A program made the translations under genes and the position numbers. Below are positions 1 through 8,952 of a DNA stretch of 64,000 bases, one piece after another (positions within the stretch are counted from its first letter, which is position 1; every line of letters starts with the position of its first letter). Origin of the DNA: an uncultured Clostridiaceae bacterium (GTDB lineage Bacteria > Bacillota > Clostridia > TANB77 > CAG-465); contig CANCXL010000005.1 in assembly GCA_947381905.1 (NCBI GenBank), positions 2,860 through 66,859 on the forward strand, given 5' to 3'. Below the pieces are notes generated by a model. That model worked only from the letters and a program-made list of their open reading frames with translations, ran no database searches and was not told the origin of the DNA.

Positions 1-44
1 AAGAAAAACAATAGAATGTTTTAAAATGTTTTATATTTTAAGAA

Positions 45-77
45 AATAACTAGGACTTAACATCCTAGTTATTTTTT
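45..77 (+). terminator. Rho-independent terminator-like hairpin, presumably ending a gene upstream of the window
   Basis: 11-bp arms AATAACTAGGA / TCCTAGTTATT with a 7-nt loop, followed by a T-run. Confidence 0.5.
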
Positions 78-187
78 ATTGTAAATAAACTTTCGGCTGT
101 GCTGGTAGTAACGTAGGCTTAAGCTATGTAGCAAAAAAACTCCTTTCATGATATAATACTTGGAAATTTCGACAAAACAAGTAATAA

Positions 188-382
188 ATGAAGAGAGTTT
201 TTATCATGACTAATATATTTAAAAATAAAAACGAAGATACTAGTAATGACTTAACTAGTTTAGCACATACTAAATGGAATTGCAAATATCATATAGTATT
301 TACTCCAAAATATAGGAGAAAAATATTTTATGGAGAAAAAAGAAAAGAGATAGGAAAAATATTAAGAGAATTGTGTGAATGA
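188..382 (+). pseudogene. tnpA: IS200/IS605 family transposase TnpA, N-terminal fragment (64 codons of an expected ~150)
   Basis: SLAHTKWNCKYHIVFTPKYRRKIFYG matches the HUH region of IS200 TnpA. The ORF stops after ...ILRELCE and no downstream frame continues the family sequence. Confidence 0.75.
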
Positions 383-455
383 AATGAAGTGTCGAAATTC
401 GTAAGTGCCTTGAGGCACCGCAAATAATAGAGCCTTGTAGGCGCATAGTAAAATA

Positions 456-483
456 CCACCAGCTTAGCTGGTGGGTTTTTATT
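456..483 (+). terminator. Hairpin plus T-run at the end of the IS200 relic
   Basis: CCACCAGC-TTA-GCTGGTGG followed by GTTTTTATT. Confidence 0.5.
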
Positions 484-528
484 ATTCTTGACTTTGGTGG
501 TATAATTATTTTGGGAGAAAAGGAAGAT

Positions 529-1572
529 ATGAGCGTAATATATGATTTTAAAGAAAACATAAAAAATGATGAATTAGAAATTATAAAGGAAAAAATCAAA
601 AGCGGTGGACTTGTTGTATTTCCTACAGAGACTGTATATGGAATAGGTGCTGATGCAACTAATGGACAAGCAGTTAAAAATATATTTAAAGCTAAAGGAA
701 GACCACAAGACAACCCATTAATTGTACATATTAGTAATTATGAAATGTTAAAAGAGTTTACTTATGATATTACACAAACAGAAAAAGCCCTTATGGATGC
801 TTTTTGGCCAGGACCTTTTACAATTATTTTAAAAAGTAACAAAAAACTACCTATAGATGTAACAGCAGGACTAGATACTGTGGGGATTAGAATGCCAGAC
901 AATGATATAGCATTAAGTATTATAGAAAAATGTAATACGCCTATTGCTGCACCTAGTGCTAATGTATCTGGTAGACCAAGTGGAACAAATATAGCAGACA
1001 TATTTCAAGAACTAAATAATAAAGTAGATATATTTGTAGATGGGGGAAACACAAACATTGGCATTGAATCTACTGTGGTTAAAGTGGATAACAATGTTGT
1101 AAATATATTAAGACCAGGAAGAATATCACTTGAGGATATAAAAGCATTAGGATTTGAGGCAAAATTAGATAAACATGTATTTGAGGATGTTAAAGATGGG
1201 GAAAAGGTAGAGTCTCCAGGAATGAAACATAGACATTATGCTCCAGCAGTAAAAACATTATTATTAGAATATACAGAAGATGAAAGCATTATGTTAGATG
1301 TATTAAAAAAATATATAGCTAAAAATAGTGATAAGAAGATTGGTATACTTTGTTTTACTGAACATAAGCAATTTTTAAAAGAATATAATACTATAGATAT
1401 AGGTAGCATTAATAATAAATTAGAAGTCTCTAGTAGAATATATACTAAATTAAGAAGTATAGATAAACTAGATTGTGATGAATGGATAATAGAAGGCTTA
1501 AGTAGGGCTGGAATAGGTACTGCTATAATGAATAGATTAACAAGGGCTTGTAGTTATAATATATTAAAGTAA
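529..1572 (+). CDS. tsaC: L-threonylcarbamoyladenylate synthase, long form (YrdC domain plus Sua5 C-terminal domain)
   Basis: VVFPTETVYGIGADATN YrdC signature and a ~350-aa length with a Sua5-type C-terminus. RBS GGAGAAAAGGAAG precedes ATG 529; the track ORF starts at TTG 511. Confidence 0.85.
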   Translation: MSVIYDFKENIKNDELEIIKEKIKSGGLVVFPTETVYGIGADATNGQAVKNIFKAKGRPQDNPLIVHISNYEMLKEFTYDITQTEKALMDAFWPGPFTIILKSNKKLPIDVTAGLDTVGIRMPDNDIALSIIEKCNTPIAAPSANVSGRPSGTNIADIFQELNNKVDIFVDGGNTNIGIESTVVKVDNNVVNILRPGRISLEDIKALGFEAKLDKHVFEDVKDGEKVESPGMKHRHYAPAVKTLLLEYTEDESIMLDVLKKYIAKNSDKKIGILCFTEHKQFLKEYNTIDIGSINNKLEVSSRIYTKLRSIDKLDCDEWIIEGLSRAGIGTAIMNRLTRACSYNILK

Positions 1573-1595
1573 GAGAGTTTATGTCATGAATTTTA

Positions 1596-1624
1596 TTGAC
1601 AATTGAGAATAAATAGAATAAAAT
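1596..1624 (+). promoter_or_regulatory. Sigma-A type promoter for adk
   Basis: TTGACA (1596-1601), 17-nt spacer, TAAAAT (1619-1624). Confidence 0.5.
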
Positions 1625-1649
1625 ATGCTTGTCAAAGGGGAGAGTTATT

Positions 1650-2306
1650 ATGAATATTATTATGATGGGTGCACAAGGTACAGGTAAAGGTACAGTTGCA
1701 GGATTATTAAAGAACGAATTAAATTTACCACACATTTCAACTGGGGAAATATTTAGAAAAAATATTCAAGAAGGTACAGAACTTGGAAAAATTGCAACTA
1801 AATATGCTGATGAAGGAAAATTAGTTCCAGATGAAGTTACAAATGAAATGGTAAAAAATAGACTTGCAGAAGATGATTGCAAAAATGGATTTATACTAGA
1901 CGGATATCCAAGAAATCTAGCACAAGCAAAAGAATTAGATAAAATACTTGCTGAGTTAAATACAAAAGTAGATATGGTTGTTAATTTAAATACACCAACA
2001 GATGAAATTGTAGAACGTGTAATGGCAAGAAGAGAATGTCCAAAATGTAAAAGAGTATACAACATGATATTAAATAAACCTAAAAATGGTGAAATTTGTG
2101 ATGATTGTGGAGTTGAACTTACATCAAGAGTAGACGATACAGAAGAGAAATTAAAAATAAGATTAGATACATTCCATACTCAAACAAAACCTGTTATAGA
2201 TTACTATAGAGAGCATGGTGTTGTAAGAGATGAAGAAATTAGTATTTCAATAAATAGATTTGCAAAAGAGGTTGCAGAAGATATTGTTGCAGATATTAAA
2301 GCATAG
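1650..2306 (+). CDS. adk: Adenylate kinase
   Basis: P-loop MGAQGTGKGT and a zinc LID CPKC...CDDC. RBS GGGGAG precedes ATG 1650; the track ORF is extended to 1629. Confidence 0.95.
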   Translation: MNIIMMGAQGTGKGTVAGLLKNELNLPHISTGEIFRKNIQEGTELGKIATKYADEGKLVPDEVTNEMVKNRLAEDDCKNGFILDGYPRNLAQAKELDKILAELNTKVDMVVNLNTPTDEIVERVMARRECPKCKRVYNMILNKPKNGEICDDCGVELTSRVDDTEEKLKIRLDTFHTQTKPVIDYYREHGVVRDEEISISINRFAKEVAEDIVADIKA

Positions 2307-2322
2307 TTAGAAGGGAAATCAA

Positions 2323-3123
2323 ATGATAACAATAAAAAATTCAAAAGAAATAGAACTTATGAGGGAAGCTTGTAAAGTAGTAGCTCTAGTATATGAAGAA
2401 TTAGAAAAAGTAATTAAGCCTGGAATGAGTACTTATGAAATTGATGTGATAGCAGAAGAAAAGATGAGAAGCTTGGGTGCAATTCCTGCTGAAAAAGGTT
2501 ATGATGTAGGGATACCGGGAATACCACCATATCCTGCTTCTGTTTGTGTATCAATTAATGATGAAGTAATTCATGGTGTGCCTTCAAAAGATAAAATTAT
2601 TAAAGAAGGAGATATAGTAAGCATAGATACAGTTGCACTAAAAAATGGATATAATGGAGATGCTGCAAGAACATTTATTGTTGGAAAAGGAACTAAAGAG
2701 GCACAAAAACTTATTGAAGTTACAAAACAAGCCTTTTTTGAAGGACTAAAATATGCAAAAGTTGGTAATAGAGTTGGAGATATTTCTCATGCTATTGGAG
2801 AATTTGTATGGTCAAAAGGATATGATGTTGTAAGGGAGTATCAAGGTCACGGAATAGGAAAAGACATGCATGAAGATCCTGGTATACCAAATTATGGTAA
2901 AGCTGGTCGTGGAGCAAGGCTTCAGGAAGGAATGACTATTTGCATAGAGCCTATGGTAATGGAAGGTGATCCATATATAGTTGAACTTGAAGATGGATGG
3001 ACAATAGTTACAGAAGACGGAAGTAATGCAGCCCACTATGAAAATACTGTTTTAATTACTAAAAATGGGCCGGAAATTTTAACTATGACAAGAGAAGAGA
3101 AAAAACGTGAAGGCGTAAAATAA
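2323..3123 (+). CDS. map: Type I methionine aminopeptidase
   Basis: Family-typical EIELMREA..., DIVSIDT, YQGHGIGK, ICIEPM, AHYENTV. Canonical position after adk. Confidence 0.95.
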   Translation: MITIKNSKEIELMREACKVVALVYEELEKVIKPGMSTYEIDVIAEEKMRSLGAIPAEKGYDVGIPGIPPYPASVCVSINDEVIHGVPSKDKIIKEGDIVSIDTVALKNGYNGDAARTFIVGKGTKEAQKLIEVTKQAFFEGLKYAKVGNRVGDISHAIGEFVWSKGYDVVREYQGHGIGKDMHEDPGIPNYGKAGRGARLQEGMTICIEPMVMEGDPYIVELEDGWTIVTEDGSNAAHYENTVLITKNGPEILTMTREEKKREGVK

Positions 3124-3130
3124 AAAAACA

Positions 3131-3165
3131 AGAGAATATGCTTAAACATATTCTCTATTTTTTCT
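3131..3165 (+). terminator. Rho-independent terminator after map
   Basis: AGAGAATATG-CTTAAA-CATATTCTCT followed by ATTTTTTC. Confidence 0.7.
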
Positions 3166-3241
3166 ACATTTATTATAAAAAAGTTTAAAATGTACAATAT
3201 TTAAAAAAGTATTGGAATAACTAAAAAAATCACTAAAATAG

Positions 3242-3270
3242 TTGACAATATTTAGAAATTAAGTTATAAT
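3242..3270 (+). promoter_or_regulatory. Consensus sigma-A promoter upstream of infA
   Basis: TTGACA (3242-3247), 17-nt spacer, TATAAT (3265-3270). Confidence 0.6.
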
Positions 3271-3325
3271 ATATGTGTTATATTTTGCTCTAAAAGAGCT
3301 AAGACAATAATAGGGAGGTAAGAAA

Positions 3326-3547
3326 ATGCCAAAAGATGATGTTATAGAAGTTGAAGGCGTAGTAGTTGATGCATTACCAAATGCAACATTTAAAGTTAGA
3401 CTTCAAAATGGACATGAAGTTCTTGCACATATTTCTGGAAAATTAAGAATGCATTATATTAAAATTTTACCAGGAGATGATGTTAGAATAGAATTATCTA
3501 CATATGATTTAAACAAAGGCAGAATCACATGGAGAAAAAGTAAATAA
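3326..3547 (+). CDS. infA: Translation initiation factor IF-1
   Basis: 73 aa with [11 protein letters not shown]...[17 protein letters not shown]1-fold sequence. Confidence 0.97.
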   Translation: MPKDDVIEVEGVVVDALPNATFKVRLQNGHEVLAHISGKLRMHYIKILPGDDVRIELSTYDLNKGRITWRKSK

Positions 3548-3700
3548 CCTATTATTTTAATTTGTTATAAATAGTTATGTTTGAAGCGGCTGTAGATAGA
3601 CTAAGCCTAATGTCTATTTATTTTAAACTAATTATTTATTATATAATTTTTATACTTACTTTTGTTAATTAATTAACAAAACTTTTAAGGAGGATTTAAA

Positions 3701-3814
3701 ATGAAAGTAAGACCATCTGTAAAAAAAATTTGTGAGAAGTGTAAGGTTATCAGAAGAAACGGTGTAGTTCGTGTAATCTGTGAAAATCCTAAACACAAAC
3801 AAAGACAAGGTTAA
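3701..3814 (+). CDS. rpmJ: 50S ribosomal protein L36
   Basis: 37-aa [40 protein letters not shown], below the ORF-track cutoff. RBS AAGGAGG 7 nt upstream; sits between infA and rpsM as expected. Confidence 0.95.
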   Translation: MKVRPSVKKICEKCKVIRRNGVVRVICENPKHKQRQG

Positions 3815-3831
3815 TTTGGGGGGTATAGTAA

Positions 3832-4203
3832 ATGGCACGTATAGCTGGAGTAGATTTACCAAAAAACAAAGTTGCAGAGATTGGACTAACAGCAATATAT
3901 GGAATTGGTCGTCCTGCATCAAGAAAAATACTAGCAGAAGCTGGTATAGAAACTACTAAAAGAGTAAAAGATTTTACAGAAGAAGAAGAAGCTAAAATCA
4001 GAGAAATAATCGAAAGAGATTATGTTGTTGAAGGAGACCTTCGTAAAGAAGTAGCTTTAAACATTAAAAGATTAATGGAAATTAATTGCTACAGAGGACA
4101 AAGACATAAAAGAAGATTACCTGTTCGTGGACAAAGAACAAAAACAAATGCTAGAACTAGAAAAGGTAAAGCAGTTGCAATCGCAGGTAAGAAAGGAGTA
4201 TAG
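3832..4203 (+). CDS. rpsM: 30S ribosomal protein S13
   Basis: [10 protein letters not shown]...NARTRKG. Confidence 0.97.
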   Translation: MARIAGVDLPKNKVAEIGLTAIYGIGRPASRKILAEAGIETTKRVKDFTEEEEAKIREIIERDYVVEGDLRKEVALNIKRLMEINCYRGQRHKRRLPVRGQRTKTNARTRKGKAVAIAGKKGV

Positions 4204-4208
4204 TAGAA

Positions 4209-4598
4209 ATGGCTAAGAAAAAAGTAGTAACAAAGAAAAAAGTTAAAAAGAATGTATCAACTGGCGCAGCTCACATTCAATCTTCATTTAATAATACAAT
4301 TGTTACAATGACAGATTCTCAAGGTAACGTATTATCTTGGGCAAGTGCCGGTGGACTAGGATTTAAAGGTTCTAGAAAAAATACTCCTTTTGCAGCAGGT
4401 CAAGCAGCAGAAGCAGCAGCTAATGCAGCTAAAGAACATGGCCTAAAAACTGTTGAGGTATTTGTAAAAGGACCTGGTTCTGGAAGAGAAGCAGCTATAA
4501 GATCATTACAAGCTGCAGGATTGGAAATTAGCATGATTAAAGATGTTACTCCAATACCACATAATGGTTGTAGACCACCAAAAAGAAGAAGAGTATAG
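4209..4598 (+). CDS. rpsK: 30S ribosomal protein S11
   Basis: [18 protein letters not shown]...[13 protein letters not shown]. Confidence 0.97.
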   Translation: MAKKKVVTKKKVKKNVSTGAAHIQSSFNNTIVTMTDSQGNVLSWASAGGLGFKGSRKNTPFAAGQAAEAAANAAKEHGLKTVEVFVKGPGSGREAAIRSLQAAGLEISMIKDVTPIPHNGCRPPKRRRV

Positions 4599-4616
4599 TG
4601 GGGGTGTAAAGATAAA

Positions 4617-5246
4617 ATGGCAAGATATACAGACGCAGTATGTAAGAAATGTAGAAGAGAAGGTTCTAAACTTTTCTTAAAAGGCGAAAGATGTAATACA
4701 GCAAAATGCGCAATAGACAGAAGATCATATGCTCCAGGACAACATGGTAAAAACAGAGTAAAATTATCTGAATATGGTCTTCAATTAAGAGCAAAACAAA
4801 AAACTAAAACATATTATAGAGTATCTGAATCTCAATTCAGAAAATACTATGAAGAAGCTTTCAGAAGAGAAGGCGTTACTTCAGATATGTTATTTGAACA
4901 ATTAGAATTAAGACTAGATAACGTTGCATACAGAATGGGAGTTGGTGCTTCAAGAGCTGAAGCTAGACAACTAGTTGGATATGAAATGTTAGAAGTTAAT
5001 GGTAGAAAAGTAAACATTCCATCTTATATGTTAAAAGTTGGAGATGTTGTAAGAGTAAGAGACTCTAAAAAAGATAATAAAGCAATTGTAGCTTCAATGG
5101 AAGCTAACAAATTAAAAGCAGTTCCATCTTGGCTTGAAATGAACAAAGACAAAATGGAAGCTAAAGTTGTTAGAAAACCAGTTAGAGAAGATGTAGACTT
5201 AGAAGTTCAAGAGAACCTAATAGTTGAGTTATACTCTAAAAACTAG
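4617..5246 (+). CDS. rpsD: 30S ribosomal protein S4
   Basis: MARYTDAVCKKCRREG...; S4 domain LDNVAYRMG. Confidence 0.97.
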   Translation: MARYTDAVCKKCRREGSKLFLKGERCNTAKCAIDRRSYAPGQHGKNRVKLSEYGLQLRAKQKTKTYYRVSESQFRKYYEEAFRREGVTSDMLFEQLELRLDNVAYRMGVGASRAEARQLVGYEMLEVNGRKVNIPSYMLKVGDVVRVRDSKKDNKAIVASMEANKLKAVPSWLEMNKDKMEAKVVRKPVREDVDLEVQENLIVELYSKN

Positions 5247-5319
5247 TTAATAGGTAATAATTAATCATTTAAAAATAAATAGCGCGTGTAATCAGAGCGA
5301 GCTAGAAGGAGGAATTAGA

Positions 5320-6273
5320 ATGATTGAAATGCAAAGACCAGAAATAAAATGTGTAAATGTTGATGCAGACACATTTTATGCAAGATTTGAAGTTGAACCA
5401 TTAGAAAGAGGGTTCGGAATTACATTAGGTAATTCATTAAGAAGAATATTACTTTCTTCTTTACCAGGATATGCAATCGATACTATAAAAATTGATGGTA
5501 TATCTCATGAATTTTCAACAATACCAGGTGTTACTGAAAATGTTACAGATTTAATTTTAAATTTAAAACAAGTTTGTCTAAAAAGTGATGATAGAGAAAA
5601 GAAAGAATTATCTATCAAAGTTAAAGGACCTGCTGAAGTTACAGCAGCAGATATAATTACTGATTCAACATTAACAGTAGTTAATAAAGATTTACATATA
5701 GCATATGTAGATGAAAATTCAGAATTAAATATTGAAATGACTGCTATAAAAGGTAGAGGATACAGAGAAGGAACTAGAGCAAATTATAGTGATAGTGAAA
5801 TCTCAATTAATGCTTTACCAATAGATTCAATATTTACACCTGTAAAAAAAGTGAATTTTCAAATTGAAAAAACAAGAGTTGGTCAAAATGCAGATTATGA
5901 TAAATTAACTATGGATATCTGGACTAACGGAGTTATTGAACCATATCAAGCTTTAAGTATGGCAGCTAAAATATTAAATGAGCATCTTGAAATGTTCATA
6001 GATTTATCTGAAATTGCTAAAACAATGTCAATTATGTCTCAAAAAGAATTATCTCTTAAAGATAAACTTCTTGAAACACCAATTGAAGAATTAGAATTCT
6101 CAGTAAGATCATATAACTGCTTAAAAAGAGCTGGTATACATACAGTAGCAGACGTAGTAAATAAAACAGAACAAGATATGATGAAAGTTAGAAATCTAGG
6201 TAAAAAATCACTAGACGAAGTAGTGAAGAAAATAGCAGATTTAGGACTTGAATTCAAAAGTAAAGAAGACTAA
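5320..6273 (+). CDS. rpoA: DNA-directed RNA polymerase subunit alpha
   Basis: GFGITLGNSLRRILLSS N-terminal domain and C-terminal domain ELSVRSYNCLKRAGI. Confidence 0.97.
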   Translation: MIEMQRPEIKCVNVDADTFYARFEVEPLERGFGITLGNSLRRILLSSLPGYAIDTIKIDGISHEFSTIPGVTENVTDLILNLKQVCLKSDDREKKELSIKVKGPAEVTAADIITDSTLTVVNKDLHIAYVDENSELNIEMTAIKGRGYREGTRANYSDSEISINALPIDSIFTPVKKVNFQIEKTRVGQNADYDKLTMDIWTNGVIEPYQALSMAAKILNEHLEMFIDLSEIAKTMSIMSQKELSLKDKLLETPIEELEFSVRSYNCLKRAGIHTVADVVNKTEQDMMKVRNLGKKSLDEVVKKIADLGLEFKSKED

Positions 6274-6292
6274 TTAAAGGAGGAAATTTACA

Positions 6293-6814
6293 ATGCCAGG
6301 AACAAGAAAACTTTCAAGAACAACTTCTCACAGAAATGCAATGCTAAATAACTTAGTTACTTCTTTAATATTAAATGGTAGAGTTGAAACTACACTTGCT
6401 AAAGCAAAAGAAGTTAAACCTCTAGCAGATAGCATTATAGATTTAGCAATAAAAGAAAAAGATAACTTTGAAATGAAAGAAAAAACTCTTTCAAGAGCTA
6501 AACTAGATAAGAATGGTAAAAAAGTTAAAGTTCAAAAAACTTCTAAAAATGGAAACAAATATGAAGTTATTGATAGAGAAGTAGTAAAAGAAGAAGTTAA
6601 AGTAGATAGCGCTTCTAAACTTGCAGCTAGAAGAAAAATGTTTAAAACATTAAATAAAGTTAAAGATGCAAACGGAAAAACTATTGATTTAACAGAAAAA
6701 TTATTCGAAGAAATTGCTCCAAAATATGAAGCAAAAGGTGGATACACTAGAATAATTAAATTAGTTGCTAGACGTGGCGACGCAGCTGAAATGGCTATAA
6801 TCGAATTAATATAA
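6293..6814 (+). CDS. rplQ: 50S ribosomal protein L17 carrying a ~50-aa Lys-rich internal insertion
   Basis: Conserved ends [18 protein letters not shown]... and ...[25 protein letters not shown]. 173 aa versus ~113-120 for typical Firmicute L17. Confidence 0.93.
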   Translation: MPGTRKLSRTTSHRNAMLNNLVTSLILNGRVETTLAKAKEVKPLADSIIDLAIKEKDNFEMKEKTLSRAKLDKNGKKVKVQKTSKNGNKYEVIDREVVKEEVKVDSASKLAARRKMFKTLNKVKDANGKTIDLTEKLFEEIAPKYEAKGGYTRIIKLVARRGDAAEMAIIELI

Positions 6815-6821
6815 TTGTAAG

Positions 6822-6852
6822 AAGAACTTAGGACAACCTAAGTTCTTTTTTT
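6822..6852 (+). terminator. Rho-independent terminator ending the alpha operon
   Basis: AAGAACTTAGG-ACAA-CCTAAGTTCTT followed by TTTTT. Confidence 0.75.
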
Positions 6853-6884
6853 GTACTTTTTTTTTAAAATGTTGTATAATAGTA

Positions 6885-7442
6885 TTGGTGATTAGATTGA
6901 AGAAAGTAAATATTAATACAACACTAATTGGAGTTACAGCGGGAATTATCCTAATATTTGGAATTATATTTATGTATGCTTTTTCATTACTTAATAATGA
7001 ATTGGGAATACTAAAGAGTGATATATCATCTACATTACAAGATTCACAAGACATTGATGATGTTGAGGGATATGGAGTTATTGCATCAGGCGTTGGGTAT
7101 TCATTTGGTGTATTTGTTGCGCTTGTTGCAGGAGTAGTAGGTATTTTAGGAATAGGATATGGCATTATTTTAACTATTTTCTTAGTGATAGCAAGAATTG
7201 TTTATGGACAAACTAAAGGAAGAATTATTGCTTATCGAATACTTATGGGAATAGATTACGTATTATTATCAGTTTTAGTAATATTAATTACAATTGGTAT
7301 AATTAGTTCATTTAGTACAATAATGTTTTTAATAGATTTATATTTGATAATTATATTAGCAATATGCATTAGAAATACTTATACTAAAAGAATATACATA
7401 TTAAAAAATGACAGTACTGTTACAGAAAAAAAGAAAATTTAG
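6885..7442 (+). CDS. Hypothetical integral membrane protein (about 4-5 TM segments)
   Basis: Hydrophobic stretches such as LIGVTAGIILIFGIIFMYAF and GVFVALVAGVVGILGIGYGIILTIFLVIA. No convincing RBS and only a TTG/GTG start, so the 5' end is uncertain. Confidence 0.5.
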   Translation: MVIRLKKVNINTTLIGVTAGIILIFGIIFMYAFSLLNNELGILKSDISSTLQDSQDIDDVEGYGVIASGVGYSFGVFVALVAGVVGILGIGYGIILTIFLVIARIVYGQTKGRIIAYRILMGIDYVLLSVLVILITIGIISSFSTIMFLIDLYLIIILAICIRNTYTKRIYILKNDSTVTEKKKI

Positions 7443-7462
7443 CAAAAAATTAACAAATTTAA

Positions 7463-7493
7463 AAGAGTGTGAGACAAAATCACACTCTTTTTT
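7463..7493 (+). terminator. Hairpin plus T-run after the membrane protein gene
   Basis: AAGAGTGTG-AGACAAAAT-CACACTCTT followed by TTTT. Confidence 0.6.
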
Positions 7494-7531
7494 ACTCTTT
7501 ATATATAGAGAGGTGCTTAAAGGAGGGGGTT

Positions 7532-8068
7532 ATGGATTTACTTATAAAAAAAGCTATCGATGGAGATAAAGAGGCATTTAGCAAGCTTATTAGTGAGTAT
7601 GAAAGAAAATTATATATTATAGCAAGATCTAGAATTAGCAATGAAGAAGATGTAAAAGATATAATACAGGATACCATAATGAATGCATATATTAACTTAA
7701 AGACACTAAAAAATATAGATAAATTTAATTCATGGATAACTACTATATTAATAAATAAATGCAATAAATTCTATATAAATAATGTAGATGTTTTATCATA
7801 TGATGATATGTATGAAAATAGTGCAGATTTGGTTTGTAATCAGGACACAGATGATATTAATGCTACAATGGACTTTATACAAATAATAGGTTTTTTAGAT
7901 GTGGAGGATAGAACTATTATTACTATGTACTATCTGGATGAGTACACGACTAAAGAAATTGGAGAAATATTTAACATTAACGAATCTACCTTAAGAAGTA
8001 AAATTGGTAGAATAAGAGAGAAAATAAAAAAGAGTTTGAAAGGGAGGAATGATTTTAATGACAAATAA
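7532..8068 (+). CDS. ECF-type (sigma-70 family, regions 2 and 4) RNA polymerase sigma factor
   Basis: GDKEAFSKLISEYERKLYIIA...DIIQDTIMNAY...FNSWITTILINKC (region 2) and TTKEIGEIFNINESTLRSKIGRIREKI (region 4 HTH). RBS AGGAGGGGG precedes ATG 7532. Confidence 0.85.
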   Translation: MDLLIKKAIDGDKEAFSKLISEYERKLYIIARSRISNEEDVKDIIQDTIMNAYINLKTLKNIDKFNSWITTILINKCNKFYINNVDVLSYDDMYENSADLVCNQDTDDINATMDFIQIIGFLDVEDRTIITMYYLDEYTTKEIGEIFNINESTLRSKIGRIREKIKKSLKGRNDFNDK

Positions 8069-8951
8069 AGAATTGGATGAATTAATGTATAAAAAATTAA
8101 ATGAATATAAGGAGAATTTAGATATAAATTTGAACGCAGATAAAATAATTAAAACTGGTAAAAAAGTAAAAAAAAGAAAATTAATAATTAAAATTGGTAG
8201 CATTGCAGCATGTTTAATCATTATAATGACTTTTGGTATAATGCAGGTTATTAATAAAAGAGATACCAATAATGTTATAGCAGATAATGATCAAGAAATT
8301 CAAGAATCATATGGAATAATAGAAGTAAATGAAATGGAAAAAATACAAGATATGGACATTCCAGATTCTTCTACTGCATGTTATAGTTATAATTCGATAT
8401 CATATTTATATAATGACTATAAAAATAACAGACATGATACAGAAGGTGTAATCATTGCAAAAGTTAATAGTTTAAAATATACAAATTATGATAAGACTTG
8501 GGGAATGGATATGGTTATAGAAAATGACTATGTATCTCCAAGAACAATTGCAAATATTACTATTAATAAATGTCTTATAGGAGATTATAATGTAGGTAGT
8601 GACATTGAAATAAGGGCTAAAGGTGGAATTATAGAATATGATGAATATGTTAAAGAAAGAGAACGTTATGGAGATACAGATGTAAATTTTGATTATATAA
8701 GTAAAGAATATGAAGCTCTTCTTGAGCAAAATAAAGATAAAATTTATGTCAGCATATTTAATAAAAAACATACTAGACTTGAAGAAGGAAAAACCTATAT
8801 AATGTTTATACATAAAAAAATAAGTGGAGACTATTGGATTGAGGCATATAATGAATGGTTAAGAGAATACGATGAAAAAACTAATTCAATATTAAATTAT
8901 AATACAGGAGAATATGAAAAATTAGAGGATGCATTAAAGGAAGTGAAATAA
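8058..8951 (+). CDS. Putative single-pass anti-sigma factor with an extracytoplasmic domain of unknown fold
   Basis: Overlaps the sigma gene stop by 11 nt. Short cytoplasmic N-terminus, basic stretch KKVKKRKL, then TM IIKIGSIAACLIIIMTFGIM. RBS GGGAGG. Confidence 0.6.
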   Translation: MTNKELDELMYKKLNEYKENLDINLNADKIIKTGKKVKKRKLIIKIGSIAACLIIIMTFGIMQVINKRDTNNVIADNDQEIQESYGIIEVNEMEKIQDMDIPDSSTACYSYNSISYLYNDYKNNRHDTEGVIIAKVNSLKYTNYDKTWGMDMVIENDYVSPRTIANITINKCLIGDYNVGSDIEIRAKGGIIEYDEYVKERERYGDTDVNFDYISKEYEALLEQNKDKIYVSIFNKKHTRLEEGKTYIMFIHKKISGDYWIEAYNEWLREYDEKTNSILNYNTGEYEKLEDALKEVK

Positions 8952-8952
8952 T

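Larger units (their letters stand above)
90..483 (+). mobile_element. Decayed IS200/IS605-family element: 5' part of tnpA plus a structured GC-richer tail; boundaries approximate
   Basis: Truncated Y1 transposase ORF flanked by the only GC-rich structured segments nearby (hairpins GTGCCT/AGGCAC at 405-418 and CCACCAGC/GCTGGTGG at 456-474). Near-inverted GAAATTTCGAC (about 164-174) and GTCGAAATTC (about 390-399). Confidence 0.5.

Noticed and set aside
300-713. 137-aa minus-strand ORF overlapping the IS200 fragment and the 5' end of tsaC. The same applies to many other antisense track ORFs, for example 762-1001, 1766-2065, 2812-3036, 6039-6257, 10077-10574, 20267-20500, 42059-42382 and 57022-57495.
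   Set aside because: They lie antisense to genes with strong family signatures. They have low-complexity Ile/Phe/Ser/Leu-rich translations typical of the reverse frame of AT-rich coding DNA, and they lack RBS motifs.
6875-6890. Idea that the 185-aa membrane protein mRNA is leaderless (TATAAT at 6875-6880, only 4 nt before TTG 6885)
   Set aside because: Leaderless translation normally needs a 5' AUG, and here only TTG or GTG is available. More likely the true start or promoter lies elsewhere. Left as an uncertain 5' end.
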